This document shows, in pieces, positions 1 to 6,737 of a stretch of DNA of 10,218 nucleotides (position 1 is the first letter of the stretch; each line of letters starts with the position of its first letter). The stretch comes from a virus (taxonomy: Duplodnaviria > Heunggongvirae > Uroviricota > Caudoviricetes). Location: the IMG/VR virus record IMGVR_UViG_2548876953_000015; one strand, given 5' to 3'. The translations under genes and the position numbers were made by a program. The notes under the pieces were generated by a model. It was not told where the DNA came from. It saw nothing but the letters and a program-made list of their open reading frames with translations, and did not search any database.

Positions 1-622
1 TTGTCTGGGGACATTTTAGAATGGTTCAAAGGGGACATTACAGCTTGGTGTTAACAATAGCCTGCTTCTCCTTGCCTTTCGGCACGTAAGAGGCTAACCT
101 ACATATGTCTAGCATGAAATTGGCCTCAGATTAATGTTAAGCGTCTTGCAGGACGCGTAATGTTAACTGGGGCTTTTCTCTATCTGCCGTTGGTGTTCAT
201 GCCCGAGGCAGATAGCCTCAAGCACCCGCAGCCATTCTACTTAACTACCGTTACCTCGCCAATGTGAAATCAGTCAGAAAGGCGATCCATAAGAACAATA
301 GCAAGACAATAAATCGCCATTACAGCCGTAATAGCCAGCGCACATTTGAGAACCAGCACCACAACCTCCTGTATTGGACGTAGACCAGTCCTGATGAATA
401 TGAGGCTGTCTCGTCAGTGATTCAATACAACTATTGGGTATAGTTTCTCTGATTTTTTCTGTGGAAATGGGGCACAACCACTAGTCACCACCAGCACTTC
501 TTTTAATACGCAAAGTCCGACACAAGCTAACCTTCTAGTCCGCTTTGAGCGAAAAACAGCCATAATTTAGTGCCACGTATATAATGATAGAGCTATTCAA
601 GCTAGCAATTCACATGTAAAAA

Positions 623-651
623 TTCAGAGGGTAGAAGCACATAGTTATAAA
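623..651 (+). promoter_or_regulatory. Putative sigma70 promoter (TTCAGA-17 bp-TATAAA) upstream of the 595-aa gene
   Basis: Seen in sequence: -35-like ttcaga at 623..628, 17-bp spacer, -10-like tataaa at 646..651, about 80 bp upstream of the ATG at 733. A perfect tataat hexamer also lies at 580..585 but has no good -35. Hexamer matching by eye only. Confidence 0.2.
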
Positions 652-691
652 TGTTGGCTCCATCGACAAATTGCGGTCTCAAGTACATTTA

Positions 692-712
692 TTAATGTTG
701 CCCCCGCATTAA
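692..712. promoter_or_regulatory. Inverted repeat TTAATG-N9-CATTAA just upstream of the RBS of the 595-aa gene (possible operator)
   Basis: Seen in sequence: ttaatg at 692..697 and cattaa at 707..712, with a GC-rich 9-bp spacer. It ends 10 bp before the Shine-Dalgarno aaggtga (722..728). Confidence 0.3.
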
Positions 713-732
713 CAAATCATCAAGGTGACGAC

Positions 733-2520
733 ATGGACGATATTAATATCAGCCTCGACGAACTTAACACTATTGATTTATCCCCCTTAATCCAGAGTAA
801 GCTGCCAGTTACCTGCTTTGATATCACAAAGTATCTTTCTAGCCTAGGTGATGGAAGAGCGGAGATAAGACTGCTAACCCATATTTGCGGTTTTCACTTT
901 CGTCCCGAAAATCCACAGGTACCATTTGGTCCGTGCTTTCAAAGCAGCCAAGGTAGATCTGCAATTCCGGATGACATTAACGGGTTGTCGCTGGAGGTAC
1001 TTTCTCAATTTTGCCCGACGATAGAGCTACCCGAACTTCAAGCTCGTATTGCTGATACACTTTGGGTTCGTAAAATTGGTGGAATCCGTTTTCCTTTGCT
1101 GGCAGTCCGTGCTTATTATGCGTCCAGTATAGCTATTATGACATCGCAAGGGACGTGGGTTAGTGCTTTAGAACGCCTAGAGCGTGCGCTTAGGCTGTGT
1201 TGTTTTTTTCGAAAGCATACTGATTTCAGGGATGAATTTGATCAGCTTTCGGCACATCTACTAGCAGAGTATGAACGTACCAGAGAACAAGGCGATTCAC
1301 CTTATCCGCTGCGACTCCTGCAACTCGATATCGACTGTAAAGTGAGTGAGCCATCTTTTATTGCCCAGGAACTCCTGTTTCTGACAAAAAACTATCTGGC
1401 TCAAAAATTATTTTCATTTGCCGTCGATGCCTGTAAAACCGCAATCCCGATTGCGAATAGGTGCTGTGACAGAGATACACAGTTTGAATTCTGGCGGCTT
1501 CTTGCCGATACACATCTGGAAGAGTCAAAATTCCAAGATGGCGGTATGATTTCGGCAGCCTGCATGCAGAATGCTATTGAAGCACTGGCTAATATTCCAG
1601 GAACCCGAATAGAACGTCTTGCGCTGTATGAAGAAATGCGTGATTACCAAATCGAATCCCGTCACCAGATGTCTATCCTTCAGTCTCCCCCTCAAGATAT
1701 TAGTGAGATTGTCCATCAAGCCAAGAGTCGGGTAGTCGGAAGAGATTTGTTTGATATGGTTTTCAGACTTGCGATGCTGGTCTGTCGGCCAACCAGCATT
1801 GAGAGACTTAAGGCTCAAGCAATAGAACAAAAGGCCAACAGCATAGCTTGGATGTTTGGATCAACACATATTGATCATGAGGGAATGACACTTGCTCGCA
1901 TACCCGCAGGATTGGGGATTGATGATGCAAATGGGGCAGTTATTTGGCCCATAATGATGACGAGAATGCGTATCGACCATGAGTTGGCAGTAGCTGGGCA
2001 AATTATTCCTGCTACAGATGAGATCACAATGAAATATCCAATCTCGGAGGCGTTTTTTCGCGATATGTTCATCAATCATCCCTTCATCCCGTTTGGGCAT
2101 GAAGAGTTTTTCATCAAGGGTATGGTTTGCGGTTTCAATGGAGATTTTATGACGGCATGCCACGTGTTGATTCCCCAGATCGAAAATAGTCTGAGATATG
2201 TGGCTAAAATTAAAGGTGAGGAACCATCGCAGCTTCACGGGGACGGTTCGCAAGAGCGAAATGGACTCAAGGGATTACTAGATAATCCACTGATTATTGA
2301 AGCTTTCGGCGTAGACATAATTGGCAATCTTCAGGCCTTACTGGTAGATAAAATCTATGGTGATTTACGAAATCAACTAGCTCACGGATATGTGCCTGCC
2401 GGTTACTACAATCAACCTCCCTGCATTTTTGCATGGTGGCTTGTATTGCACATTCTAATGAACCCTACGGCGAGATACTGGCAAGCCACTTATGGCCAAG
2501 AGAGTGAGGCTCAGACTTAA
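733..2520 (+). CDS. Hypothetical 595-aa protein; candidate HEPN-like nuclease or abortive-infection cargo (family not recognised)
   Basis: Seen in sequence: uninterrupted 595-codon ORF with ATG at 733 and a good RBS (aaggtga, 5-6 nt spacer). It is convergent with the neighbouring prophage operon and looks AT-richer than the dic genes by eye. Near the C-terminus is D-L-R-N-Q-L-A-H-G (R546 to H551, nt 2368..2385), which matches the R-N-x3-H form of the HEPN Rx4-6H motif. The family assignment is inference; only the ORF itself is secure. Confidence 0.85.
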   Translation: MDDINISLDELNTIDLSPLIQSKLPVTCFDITKYLSSLGDGRAEIRLLTHICGFHFRPENPQVPFGPCFQSSQGRSAIPDDINGLSLEVLSQFCPTIELPELQARIADTLWVRKIGGIRFPLLAVRAYYASSIAIMTSQGTWVSALERLERALRLCCFFRKHTDFRDEFDQLSAHLLAEYERTREQGDSPYPLRLLQLDIDCKVSEPSFIAQELLFLTKNYLAQKLFSFAVDACKTAIPIANRCCDRDTQFEFWRLLADTHLEESKFQDGGMISAACMQNAIEALANIPGTRIERLALYEEMRDYQIESRHQMSILQSPPQDISEIVHQAKSRVVGRDLFDMVFRLAMLVCRPTSIERLKAQAIEQKANSIAWMFGSTHIDHEGMTLARIPAGLGIDDANGAVIWPIMMTRMRIDHELAVAGQIIPATDEITMKYPISEAFFRDMFINHPFIPFGHEEFFIKGMVCGFNGDFMTACHVLIPQIENSLRYVAKIKGEEPSQLHGDGSQERNGLKGLLDNPLIIEAFGVDIIGNLQALLVDKIYGDLRNQLAHGYVPAGYYNQPPCIFAWWLVLHILMNPTARYWQATYGQESEAQT

Positions 2521-2617
2521 AGTGAATAAGTTTACGAAGTTGGCACTTCCGGATGCATGTCCATATGAGTTGAGGCGATTTGGTTAATAAGGTTGAGTGC
2601 TGCTGAAATTATTCGAT

Positions 2618-2641
2618 GTCCGCTTTTGGCACAAAGCGGAC
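2618..2641. terminator. Stem-loop (9-bp stem, 6-nt loop) between the convergent 595-aa and 133-aa genes; possible weak bidirectional terminator
   Basis: Seen in sequence: gtccgcttt / tggcac / aaagcggac. There is no clean U-tract on either strand, so terminator function is uncertain. Confidence 0.3.
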
Positions 2642-2738
2642 AACCACGCCAGATCTACCCTGTGCCATGAAAAATGAGAATGTCAATTCACTCCTGAACT
2701 AATGCTTTTTAATCTAGTAACGTCTAAAATACCTAACA

Positions 2739-3140
2739 TTATCCCTGATAAAATGCCAGTATGCGCTGCATAACTTCACTCATCCGGCACTCGCGACAGA
2801 TTATGTTTAGGCGACTGTCGTAGCGACGTATTTCTCCATCAGGTAACGACCAGATAAGGTCCGGATCAACCACAGCTGTTTTCTTCACCTTTGCCCTCGA
2901 GAGTTTTTTGCGGGCGTTTTGCCAGTCCTTACGCGCCTGTTCAGACGGGAATAACCCGTAGCCGGAGTTGTATACATCGCCACTGGCTACCAGCTCTCTG
3001 GCAAGAACGCTCATCAGATATCTAGTCGCACCTGTTTTAGCTTCCAGTTGCCGTAACGTCTCACGACCGCTCTGGCGCACGAGTTCCACCACCTGCCCTT
3101 TAATTTTTTCCCGCTCTTCTTGTGTAAAAACTTTTGCCAC
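2739..3140 (-). CDS. Hypothetical 133-aa basic protein, distal gene of the prophage replication operon
   Basis: Seen in sequence: ORF with a GTG start at 3140 preceded by a strong Shine-Dalgarno (minus-strand aaggggga, about 5 nt spacer). It starts 40 bp downstream of the replication-gene stop on the same strand. No family recognised. Confidence 0.7.
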   Translation of the reverse strand: MAKVFTQEEREKIKGQVVELVRQSGRETLRQLEAKTGATRYLMSVLARELVASGDVYNSGYGLFPSEQARKDWQNARKKLSRAKVKKTAVVDPDLIWSLPDGEIRRYDSRLNIICRECRMSEVMQRILAFYQG

Positions 3141-3180
3141 AAGTCCCCCTTAAAATTACCTCATGACCTGAAATCAAAAC

Positions 3181-4045
3181 TTATCCTCTGAAACCAGGCG
3201 GAATTTCTGTATTCGGTTCAGAAATATGATTAACACAACGCTGTACAGGTGAACGCCCCAGGCGGATGACCAGTTCGTCCCATTTTTCGCGGAGCTTTGA
3301 CGGGCTCATGATGTTTTTTACCCAGAATGGATCCCGCTGTACCCGACCAAACATTTCACAAATTTGTCTGTGGCTTCTGCCATCCAGCATCCGCATTGTG
3401 CGCACATCATTGGCCCAGACAGTCCAGTTAGGCTCTTTTGGTCGCATGATCTCGCCATCATCACTGGCGGCCTGTTCGTAGAGACCCACGATCCGCCCCC
3501 ATATCCACTGCGCACACGCCAGATCCTCCTGGCTACCCCACTGGCGTTTTTTCGCACTAAACACAACTGCGCCAGGGTGCCGGATTAAAAAATCCTGTTC
3601 AGCCGTCTGCGGGTCCGGTTGCGAAGCTTCCGGACGAAAAGTGTTTTTATTCTCTGTAGTAATCTCTGTTGTATTCTCTGTAGGATCATCGGGCCATTTT
3701 GACCCGATGACATTGGGTCGTTTTGAACCAATGGAGCGTTTCATTTTGACCTCTTCCATCGTGTCATTTTGACCTGATGGAGCGGCGCATTTTGAACCGA
3801 TGGATTCGCTCAATTTGCCATCATCTAAAAGCTCGCTCCCATAGTTAATCGTGTAGAAATTGGTCATATCGCGCTTTGATTTATTGAGCTTTTCACAACG
3901 CAAAAGCCCCAGCGTTTTCAGACTTGCAAACGCGCGCTTTAACGTTGACTCTGACCAGAATGGGAACTGTTCCAGCCATTGTTCCGTTGTGTTGTAAATC
4001 CAGCGAACACCATCACATTCCATGCCGGAATTGGTATCTCTCAAC
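3181..4045 (-). pseudogene. Replication-initiator gene (phage O-like / replisome organiser), C-terminal 285-codon fragment cut off by the IS903-type insertion
   Basis: Seen in sequence: the minus-strand frame reads ...PLRDTNSGMECDGVRW... through to the stop at 3181..3183. The track ORF 3181..4134 only runs on into the IS left end. It is frame-continuous with the N-terminal fragment at 5103..5212 once the IS and one duplication copy are removed. Confidence 0.8.
4037..4045. repeat. Left 9-bp target-site duplication TCTCTCAAC of the IS903-type insertion
   Basis: Seen in sequence: tctctcaac at 4037..4045, identical to 5103..5111. IS903-group elements make 9-bp duplications (established knowledge). 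Confidence 0.9.
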
Positions 4046-4063
4046 GGCTTTGTTGAATAAATC
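4046..4063. repeat. IS903-type left terminal inverted repeat (GGCTTTGTTGAATAAATC)
   Basis: Seen in sequence: the 18-bp end sequence at 4046..4063 is the exact reverse complement of 5085..5102. Confidence 0.9.
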
Positions 4064-4122
4064 GAACTTTTGCTGAGTTGAAGGATCAGATCACGTATCT
4101 TCCCGACAACGCAGACCGTTCC

Positions 4123-5046
4123 GTGGCAAAGCAAAAGTTCAAAATCACCAACTGGCCCACCTACAATAAAGCCCTCATCAACCGTGGCTCCATAACTTTC
4201 TGGCTGGATGATGAGGCGATTCAGGCCTGGTATGAGTCAGCAACACCTTCTTCACGAGGCAGACCTCAGCGCTATTCTGACCTTGCCATCACGACTGTGC
4301 TGGTCATTAAACGCGTATTCAGGCTGACCCTGCGCGCTGCGCAGGGCTTTATTGATTCCATTTTTTCTCTGATGAACGTTCCGCTACGCTGCCCGGATTA
4401 CAGCTGTGTCAGCAGGCGGGCAAAGTCGGTTAATGTCAGTTTCAAAACGCCCACCCGGGGTGAAATCGCACACCTGGTAATTGATTCCACCGGGCTGAAG
4501 GTCTTCGGTGAAGGCGAGTGGAAAGTCAAAAAGCATGGCCAGGAACGCCGCCGTATCTGGCGTAAGCTGCATCTCGCCGTTGACAGTAAAACACATGAAA
4601 TCATCTGCGCTGACCTGTCGCTGAACAACGTTACGGACTCAGAGGCCTTCCCCGGGTTAATCCGGCAAACCCACCGGAAAATCAGGTCAGCCGCCGCCGA
4701 TGGCGCTTACGATACCCGGCTATGTCACGATGAACTGCGGCGTAAGAAAATCAGCGCGCTTATCCCTCCCCGAAAAGGTGCGGGTTACTGGCCCGGTGAA
4801 TATGCAGACCGTAACCGTGCAGTGGCTAATCAGCGAATGACCGGGAGTAATGCGCGGTGGAAATGGACAACAGATTACAACCGTCGCTCGATAGCGGAAA
4901 CGGCGATGTACCGGGTAAAACAGCTGTTCGGGGGTTCACTGACACTGCGTGACTACGATGGTCAGGTTGCAGAGGCTATGGCCCTGGTACGAGCGCTGAA
5001 CAAAATGACGAAAGCAGGTATGCCTGAAAGCGTGCGTATTGCCTGA
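4123..5046 (+). CDS. IS903-type transposase (DDE, IS5 family), about 307 aa from a GTG start
   Basis: Seen in sequence: the frame is open from TTG at 4078 to the stop at 5046. The translation (…KFKITNWPTYNKALINRGS…RGRPQRYSDLAITTVLVIKRVFRLTLRAAQGF…) is the IS903 transposase as I recall it. GTG at 4123 gives the 307-aa length I remember for that protein; the exact start is uncertain. Confidence 0.88.
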   Translation: MAKQKFKITNWPTYNKALINRGSITFWLDDEAIQAWYESATPSSRGRPQRYSDLAITTVLVIKRVFRLTLRAAQGFIDSIFSLMNVPLRCPDYSCVSRRAKSVNVSFKTPTRGEIAHLVIDSTGLKVFGEGEWKVKKHGQERRRIWRKLHLAVDSKTHEIICADLSLNNVTDSEAFPGLIRQTHRKIRSAAADGAYDTRLCHDELRRKKISALIPPRKGAGYWPGEYADRNRAVANQRMTGSNARWKWTTDYNRRSIAETAMYRVKQLFGGSLTLRDYDGQVAEAMALVRALNKMTKAGMPESVRIA

Positions 5047-5084
5047 AAACACAACCCGCTACGGGGGAGACTTACCCGAAATCT

Positions 5085-5102
5085 GATTTATTCAACAAAG
5101 CC
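5085..5102. repeat. IS903-type right terminal inverted repeat
   Basis: Seen in sequence: gatttattcaacaaagcc, the reverse complement of the left end. Confidence 0.9.
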
Positions 5103-5111
5103 TCTCTCAAC
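5103..5111. repeat. Right 9-bp target-site duplication TCTCTCAAC
   Basis: Seen in sequence: identical to 4037..4045. Confidence 0.9.
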
Positions 5112-5212
5112 CAGTAATGCAACTGCTGCAACACAATGGCTTCATTTAAGCCAATCTTCATCGCAAGCTGTGTGTTTATAACCAGTGGGCGTTCAGCAAA
5201 AAGAAGGCTCAT
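5103..5212 (-). pseudogene. Replication-initiator gene, N-terminal fragment (ATG at 5212; alternative TTG at 5266)
   Basis: Seen in sequence: the minus-strand frame reads MSLLFAERPLVINTQLAMKIGLNEAIVLQQLHYWLR, then enters the IS and stops at 5072 after 9 IS-encoded codons. The N-terminus resembles winged-helix phage replication initiators (from memory). ATG at 5212 has a GGA-type RBS; it overlaps the upstream gene by 20 bp. Confidence 0.75.
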
Positions 5213-5714
5213 AATTCCATCCAGCTTTTTGTTGGTATTGCTGTCGATACGCAAGTTTGAAAGCAATTGCTTTTTCTATAAGTTCGTCAGTTTCACGATC
5301 CACTACGGCAGGATCAGCAAAAAGCAGTCCGGACTCCACCACATCGCCATATTCTTTGTTTAACCCGGCGATCATGTACGTGATGCTTTTTCCGTCACTA
5401 ATTTCACGATACAACCTGAAATCATTAATCCGGATAGCCTCCATAATTGCAGGCACTAGCGCCGTGAACTTTTCACGCTTATCCCTGGTGTCGATAGCCT
5501 TCCAGCGTTCGAATATCTTCACTCGATTAACGCCAAGCGCTCGCTGATCAACCGCGCCACCTTCATCTGTGACACGCTGAACATCGATGTTCGGGCGCTC
5601 TTTCAAAGCCCAGAATGCTTCAGTGATTAATATCGTCGCCTGCTCCTGTGTCATTCCTGGTCGACATATCCAGGCATCCAGAGCCTCACGAGCCTGTTCA
5701 GGAGTGATTTTCAT
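5193..5714 (-). CDS. YdaT/CII-like prophage protein, 173 aa, between cro-like and replication genes
   Basis: Seen in sequence: ORF with ATG at 5714. It sits in the cII position of a lambdoid early-right operon. A central segment (…REKFTALVPAIMEAIR…) resembles the Rac prophage YdaT as I remember it (weak, from memory). Confidence 0.7.
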   Translation of the reverse strand: MKITPEQAREALDAWICRPGMTQEQATILITEAFWALKERPNIDVQRVTDEGGAVDQRALGVNRVKIFERWKAIDTRDKREKFTALVPAIMEAIRINDFRLYREISDGKSITYMIAGLNKEYGDVVESGLLFADPAVVDRETDELIEKAIAFKLAYRQQYQQKAGWNYEPSFC

Positions 5715-5925
5715 TGTTCAACCGCCCCGCCCGCTTCGTCTTACGATATTCGTCATAAACCTTGGGATCATACAGAAGCTCCCCGCCAGATGCCTCCTGT
5801 AGACGCATCGCGCGACCTTCAGGAACCAGTATCCCCCAAGCAGCAACACTTGCCAGTCTCACTCCTGCGGCATTGGCAAGCTTTGTTTTGCTGCCAAAAA
5901 AAGTAATTGCGTCAACTTTAAGCAT
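5698..5925 (-). CDS. dicC: Cro-like regulator, DicC-like (75 aa from ATG 5925; the track ORF starts one codon earlier at TTG 5928)
   Basis: Seen in sequence: small ORF divergent from the dicA-like gene, with a strong Shine-Dalgarno (minus-strand agggggc) about 5 nt before the ATG and an operator-like palindrome just upstream. Size and position match DicC of Qin-type prophages (established knowledge). Confidence 0.8.
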   Translation of the reverse strand: MLKVDAITFFGSKTKLANAAGVRLASVAAWGILVPEGRAMRLQEASGGELLYDPKVYDEYRKTKRAGRLNNENHS

Positions 5926-5939
5926 CAAAGCCCCCTCTT

Positions 5940-5955
5940 GTTAGACTTTTCTAAC
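5940..5955. promoter_or_regulatory. Operator-like perfect palindrome GTTAGA-N4-TCTAAC in the dicC-dicA intergenic region
   Basis: Seen in sequence: gttagacttttctaac, about 15 bp upstream of the dicC start and 50 bp upstream of the dicA start. The same half-sites recur at 6451..6466. Inferred to be a DicA/DicC operator. Confidence 0.5.
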
Positions 5956-6005
5956 ATTATTGTGCGCGGGATATCTAAGTCAAGAAAAATTAGAATTACC
6001 TAACT

Positions 6006-6413
6006 ATGGATACAAGAACCCTAGGCCAGCGAGTTCTGGCGCGACGAAAAGAATTACGCTTAACACAACGAGAAGCTGCGCGCCTCGCTGGAGTTGCTCA
6101 CGTCACAATTTCACAATGGGAAAGAGACGAAACCCAGCCAGTCGGAAAACGATTGTTTGCTTTAGCGGATGCTCTGAAGTGCTCACCTACATGGCTAATG
6201 TTTGGTGACGAAGACAAGGCACCAGTGCCTGCACAAGAACTTCATGTGGAAACAGAGCTAACTCCCAACCACAAAGAATTGATCGAATTATTCGATGCTC
6301 TTCCATCTTCCGAGCAGGAAGCCTTGCTGTCTGAAATGCGCGCAAGAGTAGAAAACTTCAACAAACTCTTCGAAGAAATGCTTAAAGCGCGTAAAAATAA
6401 ATCAATAAAATAA
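6006..6413 (+). CDS. dicA: Prophage repressor DicA (HTH_XRE family, 135 aa)
   Basis: Seen in sequence: 135-aa ORF with an N-terminal helix-turn-helix (…LRLTQREAARLAGVAHVTISQWERDETQP…). The C-terminus …MRARVENFNKLFEEMLKARK… closely resembles K-12 DicA as I recall it, and the length is the same (135 aa). Confidence 0.88.
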   Translation: MDTRTLGQRVLARRKELRLTQREAARLAGVAHVTISQWERDETQPVGKRLFALADALKCSPTWLMFGDEDKAPVPAQELHVETELTPNHKELIELFDALPSSEQEALLSEMRARVENFNKLFEEMLKARKNKSIK

Positions 6414-6450
6414 CATTCTTTTCAAGTGATTAGTTGCGCCCACTCTTTTT

Positions 6451-6466
6451 GTTAGACCAATCTAAC
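6451..6466. promoter_or_regulatory. Second GTTAGA-N4-TCTAAC palindrome, downstream of dicA and upstream of ydfA (candidate operator of the dicB operon promoter)
   Basis: Seen in sequence: gttagaccaatctaac has the same half-sites as 5940..5955. DicA is known to repress the dicB operon (established knowledge); the site assignment is inference. Confidence 0.45.
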
Positions 6467-6485
6467 AAAAACACTTGCCTATCAT

Positions 6486-6501
6486 GTTAGGTTATTCTAA
6501 A
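6486..6501. promoter_or_regulatory. Third, degenerate copy of the palindrome (GTTAGG-N4-TCTAAA)
   Basis: Seen in sequence: gttaggttattctaaa, one mismatch per half-site, 20 bp to the right of the second copy. Confidence 0.3.
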
Positions 6502-6580
6502 TTACTTTCCATCAAGACACCGCACGGTGTTCTCAGCAAACAGTTCCGCTACCCCGGCGTTAAGGGGAAATGAGGTCAGC

Positions 6581-6736
6581 ATGGATACTATCGATCTTGG
6601 CAACAGCGAATCTCTGGTATGTGGCATGTTCCCCAACCAGGACGGCACGTTCACCGCGATGACGTATACCAAAAGCAAAACGTTTAAAACCGAAAATGGT
6701 GCCCGTCGCTGGCTGGAAAGAAACTCAGGTGAGTGA
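6581..6736 (+). CDS. ydfA: YdfA-like small prophage protein (51 aa)
   Basis: Seen in sequence: ATG at 6581 with Shine-Dalgarno gaggt 4 nt upstream; translation MDTIDLGNSESLVCGMFPNQDGTFTAMTYTKSKTFKTENGARRWLERNSGE. It matches Qin-prophage YdfA as I recall it. The track ORF 6527..6736 is an upstream extension without an RBS. Confidence 0.8.
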   Translation: MDTIDLGNSESLVCGMFPNQDGTFTAMTYTKSKTFKTENGARRWLERNSGE

Positions 6737-6737
6737 T

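Larger units (their letters stand above)
4046..5102 (+). mobile_element. IS903/IS102-type insertion sequence (IS5 family), 1057 bp, complete
   Basis: Seen in sequence: perfect 18-bp terminal inverted repeats, one transposase ORF, and flanking 9-bp direct duplications. Length and end sequence match IS903 as I remember it (established knowledge, not searched). Confidence 0.93.

Noticed and set aside
7-39. Direct repeat GGGGACATT at 7..15 and 31..39
   Set aside because: Only two 9-bp copies at the window edge; it could be the tail of an upstream gene (the frame from nt 1 reaches a stop at 52..54). Too little context to call iterons or an att site.
1525-2253. Three minus-strand ORFs (1525..1830, 1861..2253, 1875..2075) inside the 595-aa gene
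   Set aside because: All lie antisense within a much longer ORF that has good start signals; typical shadow ORFs.
2968-3588. Short ORFs on both strands (2968..3153, 3266..3481, 3318..3566, 3364..3588) overlapping the 133-aa and replication genes
   Set aside because: They overlap longer, better-supported genes; Ser/Arg/Cys-rich low-complexity translations; no start signals.
4078-4122. TTG-initiated N-terminal extension of the transposase ORF, and TTG extensions of dicC (5928) and the replication gene (5266)
   Set aside because: The ORF track allows TTG starts. Downstream in-frame ATG or GTG codons with better RBS spacing or matching known protein lengths are preferred; the extensions cannot be excluded.
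4384-4628. Minus-strand ORFs inside the IS903-type element
   Set aside because: Antisense to the transposase gene; IS903 encodes a single transposase.
5136-5944. + strand ORFs (5136..5363, 5257..5547, 5587..5802, 5762..5944) opposite the YdaT-like and dicC genes
   Set aside because: Antisense shadows of minus-strand genes that have clear starts and operon context.
5960-6208. + strand 82-aa ORF overlapping dicA in another frame
   Set aside because: Out-of-frame overlap with the clearly recognisable DicA repressor ORF.
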